Source: Lama glama
Taxonomy: Eukaryota
Direction: 5' to 3'
Length of the DNA stretch: 64,000 bases
Assembly (NCBI GenBank): GCA_028534125.1
Contig: CM052818.1
Span: 39,124,001-39,188,000 of the forward strand
The notes below the pieces were generated by a model. It had not been told where the DNA came from. It saw only the letters and a program-made list of their open reading frames with translations, and searched no databases. Positions 10,256-21,495 of the stretch are shown piece after piece. Made by a program: the position numbers and the translations under genes. Each line of letters begins with the position of its first letter. The first letter of the stretch is position 1.

Positions 10256-10822
10256 GACTAGGAGAACCAAATCCGAAGCCAGCGTATAGGCTCATTAGCT
10301 CGTGTGTTGTCTCTGAGTTTGTCGCTCATGTGTGCAACAGGGTACGGAATGTCTGCTGGGGGGCCCCGTTGGTGGGCTGGTAGATTCCGGCTGCCATGGG
10401 CAGTCCCCTCTTAGAGCAGTCATGCCCTTGTCCATGAACTTGGGGCCAGGGCGGTGGCCAGGGCAGCTGTGATGCTGAGGGGCCTGTGTGAGAATGGAAT
10501 CCTGGCGCCTCAGGCTGGGGACCGAGGAGAGAGGACCGTGGGGGCGGGAAAGGTGCGGTGGGCCCCGAGAATCTCCCATAGACCAAGCCCTTCCTTTGAT
10601 GTCCCCTCTGGGGGACACTTCTTCCTGGGAGGTGCTGAGAGGGGTCTTGGGCACACCTGCACTGAGCTGCCCCACAAAGGACCAGGTTCACTTTCGATTA
10701 GCTCCTGTGGCCCTGCCCTGGGCTGGAATCAGGAATGTTCCAAAGAGTGATAGTCTTTTGCTTTTGGCAAAACTCTACTTAATCCAATGGGTTTTTCCCT
10801 GTACAGTAGTTTTTCCAAATGT

Positions 10823-10828
10823 AATAAA
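10823..10828 (+). terminator. SDC1: Proximal SDC1 polyadenylation signal AATAAA
   Basis: AATAAA with upstream TGTA motifs (10800, 10820) and downstream T/GT-rich sequence (ctttgcttctttctgtgctggtcgtgtgg). Confidence 0.85.
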
Positions 10829-11515
10829 CTTTAATATAAAGTAGTCACGTGAACTCCACTGCCTTTGCTTCTTTCTGTGCTGGTCGTGTGGCTGTGACCA
10901 GCTTTTTCTCTCAGTGCTAGTGATATTGAGAAACTTGGCTAAAAGCTCCATGCCTTCCTCTTTCCTGTGGGGACGGAGTCTGGGGCCAGAGTCCCTCTAG
11001 TTGGCTTGTTTTTTCGTCTTTGCTAAAATTCTTCTGGAGTTTGGTAGGTTCAGCCAAGGTTATATAAGGCCTGATGTAAATTTCTGTGTTGCCAAGTTCG
11101 AAGGACCGTCTCCTAAATGACAACGAAGCTGTGTCGGCCCCAGTCCAGCTGACCTGAGGCCACAGGCCCCACAGAGGCCTGGAGCCAAGGCCTGCGTCTC
11201 AGACACCTTGGACGGCCCTCTTCTCACACCTTTGCTGGGACCAGAGGCCCCCGGCCCTGGCTCCTGGGAACTCCTGTGCTTGCTTATTTAATTTGACAAT
11301 GTTCCAGCCGCCCTGTTGGCCCCTCTGAGAGGGGACCGTCTGTGACTCAGAGGGACACCCCACCCAATGAAGGGAACCCGTGTTCCATCCGGGGACTTTC
11401 TGCGCAGAGTGTATGACTGAACACAACTCGGGGGTGGGAATGGGGTCTGTGACTGCTCACCTCTGCTGGTCTGTGGGACGGCGCCCAGCCTGTGGCGGGG
11501 CCCATTCATGTAACT

Positions 11516-11521
11516 AATAAA
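11516..11521 (+). terminator. SDC1: Distal SDC1 polyadenylation signal AATAAA
   Basis: TGTA at 11509, AATAAA, then GT-rich downstream (ttttgggctgcggtggtggttgagt). Confidence 0.8.
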
Positions 11522-13264
11522 CGGTACTTGTCATTTTGGGCTGCGGTGGTGGTTGAGTATCGTCTTGGCCTGGTGATGTCCTTCCTTGTCCCCTTCCCTG
11601 TAAGGGAAGCCACGTCCACCTCTGCCCTCCTCCCCCCAGCCCTGTGTCAGGCCTTCATTTCGCCTCCTCTCAGGCTCTCTGCTTTACTCTCTCCCGCCCA
11701 GCCTCTCCTTCTAGATTATTCCTTTCCTCAAGGACATGATTCCTTTCCTCCTTCTGACCCAAAGTTTGCTACCTAGTCTGTTTGCTCAGTGTCTTGCAGC
11801 TCCTGGAAACTCATTAGCAAACTGTCTCAGGTGCCAAAGGTCTAAAAAAAAGTTGTCTGCACGTTAGGGCAAAACTACAGTGAAAGTTTGGGGGCTTGAA
11901 AGAACTCGGCACACTGCAGGAGCCCCGGTGCTCTAAGGGCATGAAGCCGCCCTCACCCAGACTGCTGACTCCCACCCAGCCCCTCAGCTGTTCCTCCAGG
12001 ACAGGTCTCCCCGCCTGGGGCCCTTGGCAGCTGACCTGGTCTCTGGCCCTGGGTGCGGGCCAGTCCCTGACGCCAGAGCCTGGGTGTGTCCTTGGAGCGC
12101 AGGGCAGCAGGGGAACCATTGCTTCTGGGGCCCTGCACCTGCTGGCGGGGCAGGGACAGCAGGCTTGGGGTAGCTTTGCAGAGTGAGTTCTACTCTCCCT
12201 GGCACATTGTGCCTGAGAGGCTCAGAGGCTGAGAGAGCCCTCAGATGATTCATTCATTCAACAAACACCAAAAACACCGAGTGCCTATTTCTTGCCTGTC
12301 CTTAGACAGTGAGGGCACAGTTGCAGAACTGGCTCCCTGGATATTACTACTTTCACTGTGGGCCAGACACTGCTAGACATAGCATCACTACAGACAGCTT
12401 CTCAACCGGCTAGGAGATACCCTGCTGTGAACCGTTCCCAGTTTGCAGACAAAACCTGCTGTACGGAGGGGAAGTACCGTACCCACTAGAGCTGGGATTT
12501 GGATGCTGGCAGCCTGGCCCCTGAGCCCACAGTGGTGACCCCAGTTGACAGTAGGATGGGAAGGACGTCCCCCCAGCGTGGGAGCTGCATGCTTCCAAGA
12601 TCCCAGCCTCCTGGGCTGCCTGCTTTCGTCGTACCCAAATGGGCCAAACTGCGCTGTGTCCACCACTCTCTCCTCACTCTGTTGATTCTCCTTCCTGCTC
12701 TGTGCTGGCCCTGGGTCACCCCCACGCCAGGACCCTGCTGGACAAGGTGGTGCCATAAAATAGGCTTTCCTGAGTGCTTGAGACTCACGGTGAAGAAGCT
12801 AATGTGAAGGGGTTTAAACATCATCTTCATGTTCCTCTGGCATCCTGGCCTCAAGCAATTTCTCTGCCCATCTGTCCTCAGATGTCAGCTTGCTGCCCTG
12901 CTTCCCACGACCTTGACCCCCTTCACCTCCTCTCTTTTCTGCTTTCCCAAGACTCCCGCCTCCCCATGTCTGAGAACGGAGCAATTGAGCACTATTTCAT
13001 AGTCCCCTCACCTTTAGGTCACACCCATGTGACCTGGGGGGTGGGTGTGTGTGTGCACATTTGTACATATATGGGGATGGGGAATCACTGAATTTTCCAC
13101 TGAGTTCTTTCAAGTTATTTTCTAAACTAATGAGCCATCTTCTCTCACATTGATTGTCCACCTTAATTTGCAGCCGATTTCTGCCTGAAATTGCATTTTC
13201 TGCCTTGCTTGCCTCCTGAGTTTTCTCTGGAGAGCACTATGTTATCACTTCCAGAACAAAGATG

Positions 13265-13760
13265 CGCAGCCCTGTTCTCAGGGAGTTTGGGGTCCAACAG
13301 GAGATGGACACTGAGAGAGAGATTTCAATGATAGAGAGCTCGATGGGGGCTGGTGGGGGCTCAGGGCAACTAACCCCGCTTGGCGTCAGGGGGGAGGTGC
13401 CCAGAGGTGGTAATTGAATTGAGTCTTGAAGGACAGATTCAAATCAGCCTTTCCAACAAGGGGTAGAGGGCATTCCAGGCCGAAGGCACAGCTTCAGCAA
13501 AAATAAGGACTCAAGAGGCTTCATGCTGGATGTGTAGTGAGAGCAGGTGTGAGAAGGGAGGAGGCTACAATGTGGTAAGAAAGCAGCGGTCACTGCCTTG
13601 TGACCTCTCTGAGGGCTGGAGGAGAGCCTCAGAGCAGATGCAGGAAGGATTAGGAATTGCAGAGGGAGAGGGGACGGAGGCCCAGGGACAGTGGAGGCTG
13701 GGGTGGGGAGGACAGGCTGGATTTGAGACATCGTTAAGGAGTAAAACTGGCAGGACCTGT
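13265..13760 (-). mobile_element. Degenerate L2 LINE fragment
   Basis: ccctgttctcagggagttt...gagtcttgaaggacaga...gggcattccaggccgaaggcacagc...ggatttgagacat are typical antisense L2 segments. Confidence 0.6.
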
Positions 13761-14724
13761 GGGGCGTGTCCCCACCTCACTGGGCATCCCCTTTTTCTCC
13801 CTCTGGTACCTTTTCACATGGAGCCCGAGGGAAAAGACACCTGTGATAAGGTTGTTCTCAGAGCTGGCAGTCAAGGGCAGGGTCTAACTGGAGCAGAAGA
13901 TACAGTCCCAGAGCTGGGCCTCAAGGAAGGCGGTCTCACCCACCCACCCAGGTTAGGCGCTGATGGTCAGTGGACCCCAAAGCAGCATCTGGGAGAGACA
14001 GCATCTTCTCAGCAGGGCTGCAGGGAACTACTGCACAGAGGGGCTCCTGAGGCCGTGCTCCAACCTCTCTCCCCATCAGCCCCACCCCACCCCCTGTCTC
14101 TGGGGAAAGGTGGGCTGGGCTGCCTCAGGAGGAGGGAAGCTCCTGGTTCCTGGAGCTGCAGTAGCTGGAGGAGGCCCCCAGCCAGGGAGCCTAGAGGGGC
14201 TTGGGGTCCTGCCAGCTCTTCCTGGCCGTGGGCACAGCCCTCGCCTGGCTTTCTCCCATCCTCCCCCTCCCTAACATAGCTGCACCCCCCCCTACAACCC
14301 CAATACCAACCGATCCTTGAGCCACATGAGATTTGCACCCACTTGGGGTGTGTGGGTATGAGTGTGAGGGTACCCCCACATCAGGCCCTCAGCAGTGCTA
14401 CCTCAGTGCCTGCTCAAATTTAAGGCCCAGGTCAAAGCTCCTCTAAGGAAAGGCACAGCATCCTCTGTGCCCCCATACTTTCTGAGTCATTCCTCCTGGG
14501 ACCTCTCACTCTATCACTGCGGGTGTCTGTTTCCACACTGGCTTCCTGCTACCCTGGGTGCTTCCTGAGGGTGGACACTTTATTATGAGCCCAGCATGAG
14601 GCATGGCATGGGATGGGGGCCCACAGCAGATATGGGAGTCTCTGTCTTTGGGATGCTCATTGTGGTCGCCTGGCTCTGCTGTCTTGCTCTGAAAGTCAAG
14701 CAGTGGTTAGAAGCCTATTAATGG

Positions 14725-15365
14725 TGCAAGACATGACTGCACACCTGCCAGAAAGGCTGACTTCAGACATGGACAATTGTTGGAGGGCGTGTGGAGCTAC
14801 TGGAATGCTCCTGAGCTGTTAGAAAATGTGCCAATCATATGAGCACTTGGGAAACTAAAGCCAAACATACACCTACCCTATGATCCAAGTGGAAGGCGAA
14901 CACATGGCAGCTGAAAGGCATGTGTAAGAATGTCCGTCACATCCCAAACATGGGAAAAATCCAAATGTCCATCAGCAGGAGACTGGATAAAGATACTGTG
15001 CTACGGTCCTACAATGGAATACTACTCAGCCATAAAAAAGAACAAACTGCTGCTACACATGCAACGTAGATGGCATCACAAGAAATCTGTTAAGCCAGAC
15101 TCAAGGGCCTAGACTGCATGAATTCATTCCAAGTTCAGGAGCAGGCAAAACTAATGGGCGATAGAAGCTGGTGGTACCTCTGCTGAGGGTGTAGAATTGA
15201 TGAGAGGGGGACATGAAGGACCCTTCTCTGAAAAGTTCTTTGGAATATTCTCCAGTTTGATGCAGGTGATGATTACAAGGGTGTACGTACCTGTAAATAA
15301 ATCATCAAGTCATGCACTTAAGATGAGTGTACTCCGTGTATTTTATTCTGCAACAAGAAAGTTAA
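14725..15365 (+). mobile_element. Old L1 (L1M-type) 3' fragment
   Basis: ccctatgatcca...aaatccaaatgtccatcagcaggagactggataaa...acaatggaatactactcagccataaaaaagaacaaactgctg is the L1 ORF2 end/3'UTR. Confidence 0.85.
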
Positions 15366-15944
15366 AGGGAGGGGGGGAAGCTTATAAAAGTGCTTCTGAG
15401 ATTCTAATTAGTTTCTTTAAACTCTAGTGTAGCTTTTTCAGCAAAAAGGAGGGAAGCCCACATGGCTCACGTTTTCTTCAGGATCCCAGCGGATTCTAAT
15501 TTATGAGCAGAGAGGCCTGGAGCAAAAGCCTTCCAGGGCTGCTGCTGAACGGAGGAGCCGGGAGGGTGGGCACCGCCCAGAGGGCAGCTCTGATGACCCC
15601 TCCTCCGCCAGCTGCAGCCAGACCCTGCTCTTCCTCTGGCTCCTGGAACCTACCAGACCCAGCGGTGCTTCCAGCCCTTATGGCTGGGAGCTAAGCCGCT
15701 CCTCCACTCCAGGAAAATATTTGTTCAGGGACTTGGCGCCCGCAGAAGAGGAAATAAAAGCCACCTTGGAGTTGAGCGGGCGGCCCTGCTCCAGGTTGCT
15801 GTGTCTGCCCCTCCAGATTGCCTCGGCAGGCCTGCCGTCTGGGGCCAGGCCCAGGAGTCCCACTCTATAAGCAGACCTGCTACGGCAATGAGCCTGGGGT
15901 GCCAGCGGCTTGTGCCTTCCTCATTCTGGTCAGGCAGTCATGTG

Positions 15945-16350
15945 TCAGTCCAGTCAGCGGACACTTATGAAACCTACTATGTGCCCCGCACGGCGCTGGG
16001 CCCTGGGTGCCATCGGTGAACCAGGCCCTGTCCTTACCGTCAAGGCTGTTGTGAGGTAGTGAGGGAGGGACCAGTGGGAAGGCCACTAGGGCACAGTAGG
16101 TGCTTTGGCGTGATGGAAGTCAGGCCAGGGCTCTGGGAGGCAGCGGGGCAGGGCCAGACTGCCCAGGGGTGGGTGGGGTGGATGGGCAGGCACCTGGCGT
16201 CAGGCCCCCAGATGAGGAAGCAAAGTTTCAGGGCGATCAGAGAGGGCAGAGTGTTCCAGGGAGACGGAGCAGCATGGCCAGAGGTCCAGAGGCGAGAGAG
16301 AGCAAGGAGTCTGGGGGTAAGGAAGGTGGATCGGGTCGGCTGTAGTTGAG
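15945..16350 (-). mobile_element. L2 LINE fragment
   Basis: acacttatgaaacctactatgtgcc...gtgttccagggagacggagcagcatggccagagg. Confidence 0.65.
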
Positions 16351-16479
16351 ACCCAGGAGTCAGGAGACCGGAGATGGGGTAACCACTGGTGCCGCAGGAC
16401 CTCCCTGTGTGAGTCCAGGATCGCGGACTTTATCCCCAGCACAGTGAAAGTTTGTTTGCAACATTTAAACACATTGATT

Positions 16480-17450
16480 TTGATCCTTTTTGATATAGAA
16501 AAAGTATAAAGAAGAAAATGAAATTGGCCTCAAACCCCACCCCCTCCAGATATTTCCTGATGAGATTTTAAAAACGAAAACACTCTGTGCACATGATTCA
16601 AAGTCCAAGCAGAACAGGAAAGCACACAATGAAAAGTGAAAGCCTCTTTCTCCCCACCTGTCTCTCTCGCCAAAGGCAATTTCACGTAACAGGTTTTTGG
16701 TGTGTGCTTCCAGAAGGTTTTTCCATGCACGTCCGTGGGAGGATACGTCTGCGCTTGCAGAGTGACACCAAAGGGGTGGTTCCATGTGCCGAGGTCTGCA
16801 GCTCCCTTTCCTCACCTGGTTTTATTTCAGCACGCGTAGTTGGTCCTACCCAATTCTTCTTCTTAATGTCTGTGGGGCATTTAGTTGTACAGATGGAGCA
16901 GATGAGTGTTACTGACTTCCCGCTGGGTGGGCATCCCACTTCCAGGCTTCTGCTATTGTAAACATTGCTGGGAGAAACCTCCCCAGACAGCCATCAGAGT
17001 ATCACATGGTACAGACACAGGGAACTGTTGGGAGGAGGCACCGCGGGCACCTTAATAGCAGTGAGTTCTGGATGGAAGGAGACGTTTTTTACGAGCATCT
17101 TCCAAAAGTTGCACCAGCTTGCCACACCTGTCACCACACCCAGACTGCATGGGAGAGACCGGGAGACCACCCTGTCACATGTCACCATGCATGTCATCAA
17201 ATGGGTCCATTTTCTGTTTGGGGGGGATGGAGATATATCACGTGGTTGTTTCGCTTTTCATTTATTTAACTATAAATGAAAGCACAGTTTAAAGTTATAG
17301 GAATCTTTTCATATGTTTTTGCCATTTGTATTTCTTTTTTTCATAGGGGAGCTGCTTCTTCATACATATAATTTGACCCATTTTTCAAATGAGTCTCTTG
17401 TCCTTTCCTCGTGGATTGGCATGGGTTCCTTGTGTGCTAATGGTTTTGAG
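16480..17450 (-). mobile_element. Highly degenerate old L1 (L1ME-like)
   Basis: tgggcatcccacttccaggcttctgctattgtaaacattgctg...ttccaaaagttgcaccagcttg...tttgacccatttttc are antisense L1 3' segments. Confidence 0.65.
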
Positions 17451-18264
17451 AGAGAGCAGACTGTTAGGATTTGTCTCCGAAACATCCCTCTGGCTGGGGT
17501 GTGAGGGGCATAGGGGCTGGGCCACTGGGAGGCCTGTGCAGGGGTCCATATGAGAGGTGCATGGCCTGGAGCAAGCAGGGGACTTGGGGAAGGGCTCTGT
17601 GAAGACATTCGGGAAGGAATGGCAACAGGATGAGCCAATGGATTGATTTTTTGCACAATAGTCCAGGGCACTTTAGGGGCAGTGAAAAAAAAAATTGCCA
17701 GCCGCCCTCCCCGAAAGTTGTGACACAGGATAAGACACATAGTTGGGCCTGAGCCCCTGCCTGGTAATTTGTGCCACCCCACCCCCACCTTCCCTGACTG
17801 CAGGACAGGAGAGGGGTGGGTGACAAGGAGGAGGGAGGTGTCGGGGACGGTTCCCGGGTTCCCATTTCAAATATTATGGTCCCATAAACCATGAAAACAT
17901 CTCAGAAATTCCAGTGTTTCAGCATATAGTTACCAATCGACCCACATCAGTCAGCATCAGGCAGAGGCGATCCAGAGTCACCCCAGAGGGAAATAGTGGT
18001 GCACTTGGCCTGAGAATGCTTGTTAGGAGGTGTTGGGGGAGGCTGAGGAGGGACGGGGGTCCCATGCCCTTCTCCAAGCAGAGCAGAAGGCCTGGCACAA
18101 GAGAAGTGTTTCAGAAACATCCACTGAGTGAAATTTGTGAATATTCATATTTATGTCATGTTATGTTAAGTTTAAACATGCGTGGGAAAAGAGACAGACA
18201 AGGAAATGTAATCTTTCCTGTTTCTAAAAAAATTAAGGTCTATTTTCTGTACAGTAATTCATTC

Positions 18265-18690
18265 TTTTTTTTAATTAAAAAAATCAAAATGCAGGGGTTT
18301 TTAGAAAATTGAAGTACAGTGGATTTACAACCAGTAATTCATTATTATTGTCGTACAATTCTTTTACAAATGCATAGTCGTGTAACCACCACCATAATTA
18401 CAATACAGAGCAGTTTCAGCACCTCTAACACCCACTCCTGTCCCTTTGTAGTCAACCCCCCCCCCCGCCACCCTCCCGTCCCGGCTCGGCCCCTGGCAAC
18501 CTCTGATCTGTTTCTGTCCTGGTAGATTTGCCTTTTCCAGATGTCGTATAAACGGAATCATATAGCACAGAGCCTTCTGAGCCTGGCTTCTTTCATTTAG
18601 GAGACTGCATTTGAGCTTCATCCAGGATGTTGCATCAGGAGTTGCTCCTTTGTTGTTGCTGAGTAGTATTCCATGGTACGGACATGGTGA
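18265..18690 (-). mobile_element. L1MB/L1MC-like 3' fragment
   Basis: cgtgtaaccaccacc...cccctggcaacctctgatctgtttctgtc...ggaatcatatagca...gctgagtagtattccatggtacggacat. Confidence 0.85.
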
Positions 18691-20489
18691 CTTTAGTGGT
18701 AACACCCCAAACTGGAAAAACCCGAGTGCTTTTCAACTATAAGGATTTCCTTATTTCTAGACTCATAAATAAGAACGCTTTCTATGTTCAAGTACAAATC
18801 CTGATTTAGGATCCAGAAAGCACTATCCCTATTGTCTGAGGAAGAGAAGTTAATTTTGAGACCCTGCAGAGGCTAACAGGCCCCTCATGAAGAGAGGGAC
18901 CAGGGCCAGAGGGCAGGACAGGACATATGTTCCAGGACTCTGGGACTGACTGCTCCACCTCCTTTGGGGCAGGCCTACACCCAGCCTGGGCAGTATCTCT
19001 GGTGAGCTGGAAAAGGTTCCCATTTGGGTCCCAGCTCAGTTGGCGGATGGCGCCTTTATCCAGTAAGAGAAAGTCACCCTTCCCTCCAGGCCCATAAGCC
19101 TCCCACCGCGACGACAAGATTTTGGCCCCTACTTGCTCCTTGACCAAGGCAAAGCCCGCACAACTGCACAGGGCAGCCCAGACTAGGGCCTCCCGTCCTT
19201 AAAGGCTGCAGAGTGCTGAGACTGCAGACCCAGGAGGCAAGCAAGCGTGAAGCCCTGTGTGAGCCTCAGAGCTGGCCTACATAGTGTTCCCCAGGGCTGC
19301 CTCAGGGCTCCCATGTGCAGTCAGGACCACAGAGACCTTGCCAGGGGAGCATCTTCAATCCCTGATCTATCAGGACCCACACTGCACCCCCCAACCTGCT
19401 GGCACATCTGCTCCAACAGCCCCAGATCTAAAGACTTCCTCCAGTAGGGGCTTTTAGCCCCCATGTTAGCCCCCAAAGTGAAGGTCGTGTTGGGGGAGCA
19501 GGAGGTGTGGTCACCTCTTCGGAGCTCGTGGAGAAGGCCAGCTAGCGTGGTGATTAAGAAAAAGATCAGAGCTAGATGCCTGGGCTCAAAATCCTGGTTG
19601 CTCCATCTACCAGCTATGATCTCCTTCAGGGGCTGTCCTGAGGACTAAGGAGGGTATTACACGGACAGCATTAGATCATTGCTGCCTCCCAGTGAATGAC
19701 AGATGTTGGAATTAAACCAGTGACAGCAGTACTGGCTGGGAAGTTGTCAGGAGCCCTGGGTGAATGTTCACATGCTAGTGTGTTTCTCCGGCGGGATGTG
19801 GCTGGAGGTGAGATGCCCCCTCCCACGTCTCAGGATTCTGCCAGAGCAGGGTGACCGGCCCTGGTGAGAATCAGGCCCTGGATGCTTCCCCCAGCACCCA
19901 CCCCTCTGGGAGGTGGTTCCTGCAGCCTGAGGGTCCACATGGGGCCTCAGGGGTCCCCAGTGCAGAAGCAACCTGAGCGGTGGGTCCAGGCTGGCTGCTC
20001 TGAGCCCAGACAGATCCTGTGGTACGTGGGCTGGTCCAAGGTCCAGCTAATGGCTGCCTGGCCATAGTCCAGAGAAGGAGGAAGCATTTTACTAACTGCT
20101 TTTTTCTCTACCACCAGGTTCTCGAGGCCATATAAAATATGTATTTTTCCCCTCTTTTTAAATTAAGATTTTTGCCATATCAGATGTGCTACCCCTTGGA
20201 ACCTCTGAGAGAAGTCTTGTTTCCTGGAGTAACAAGCGAGCAGCTTTTAGGCCTGAGGACGCAGGCACAAAGCAGGGTCTCCTTCCTTCCTTCCTTCCCA
20301 GGAAACTTGCCATGCTCTGTGCAACTACGTGTCCACAAAATCACTGCTCCCAAGGTGGGCTTGGCTGTCCCTGAGATGTGCCTTTCAGCTACAGTTCAGC
20401 CTGAGGCTGGCCGCCCAAGGCTCACAGGACCCCTCCCCAGACAATCTCCCTGCTACAGTGTTTTTGGGGTGGTCGCAATCATTAGCTCC

Positions 20490-20620
20490 TCACATTCTCA
20501 CAAACTCCTGGGGCTTCAAGGTGGTGCCAGTATTAGTATCATTCCCATTCTACAGATGAGGAAACAGAGGCCTGGAGAGGAGAAAGACTTGTTCAAGGTG
20601 ACCAGGCTGGAGCTTCAGGC
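20490..20620 (-). mobile_element. MIR SINE
   Basis: cccattctacagatgaggaaacagaggcctggagaggagaaagacttgttcaaggtgac. Confidence 0.8.
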
Positions 20621-21194
20621 ACCGCTCCCCCAACTCTGTAAAGTGGCCTGGGGGTAGGGGGTGGGGCAGGCCTCTGTCCAGATATGCTTGGTCCAGGCCC
20701 AACTGTCAGCCCTTTTCCTCGGCCCTGTCTTTCCATCCCCCTTCCTCACCACACCCACAGACACAGCATGTTTCTCCTAGGAACCAGGAGCAGCGGGTCG
20801 CCCTGCGGAGGGCGGGCCCAGAGCCTGGACCCCTTTCTCAGCCGGGCTCTGCCAGGACCAGCTGTTGAGCTAAAGCCTGTACCTCCTTATGACTCAATTT
20901 CCTCATCTGAAAACCTCAATGTCTCGCACCCCACCCCACCAACCAGGGTGCGTGCAGGAGGGAGTGTCTGAGACCTCAAAGGGGAGGGCGCCTACTCTCA
21001 GGTTCAGATGACACTTTGGAAGAGATAGCTGAAAATTCCATCTCCTGATACACGCCAAGCAGCAGCATTTGGGATAATTACTAACAACAGTCACCATCTC
21101 CCACATGGCTAGAATGTGCCAGGCCACAGCCCCACCATGCACCTACCATCTAAATTCAGGGGCACTGAGTGCAGGAGCTTTGCAGTTTAACACC

Positions 21195-21495
21195 GCTTTA
21201 CCTGCTGAGGTACCTTGGAACCTCAGTTTTCTCATCTGTGAAAGGGGGCTAACAGCTTTTATCTCATAGGGCTGTTCGAAGATTAAATAAGATAATGTGA
21301 ATAAACTGCGGCACAAAAACTGTTTTGCTGCGGCACTTTGCAAGCACTCCATAAATAGTGGCTACGTTCACAAAAACCTTGAGAGGTGTTACTACCCCAT
21401 TTTACTGATGAGGAAACCGAGGCCCCAAGCCATGACTTCATACAGCTACTGAGTGGTCAAACTGACATGCAAACCCAGGTCTTTTTCACTCAGAA
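21195..21495. mobile_element. Two adjacent MIRs in opposite orientation
   Basis: + strand: cctcagttttctcatctgtgaaaggggg...gattaaataagataatg (to ~21360). - strand: cccattttactgatgaggaaaccgaggccc...aaacccaggtct. Confidence 0.8.

Larger units (their letters stand above)
9555..11545 (+). other. SDC1: SDC1 3'UTR (short form ends ~10845, long form ~11540)
   Basis: Follows the stop codon, has no recognised interspersed repeats and contains two AATAAA signals, consistent with the known two SDC1 mRNA sizes. Confidence 0.85.
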
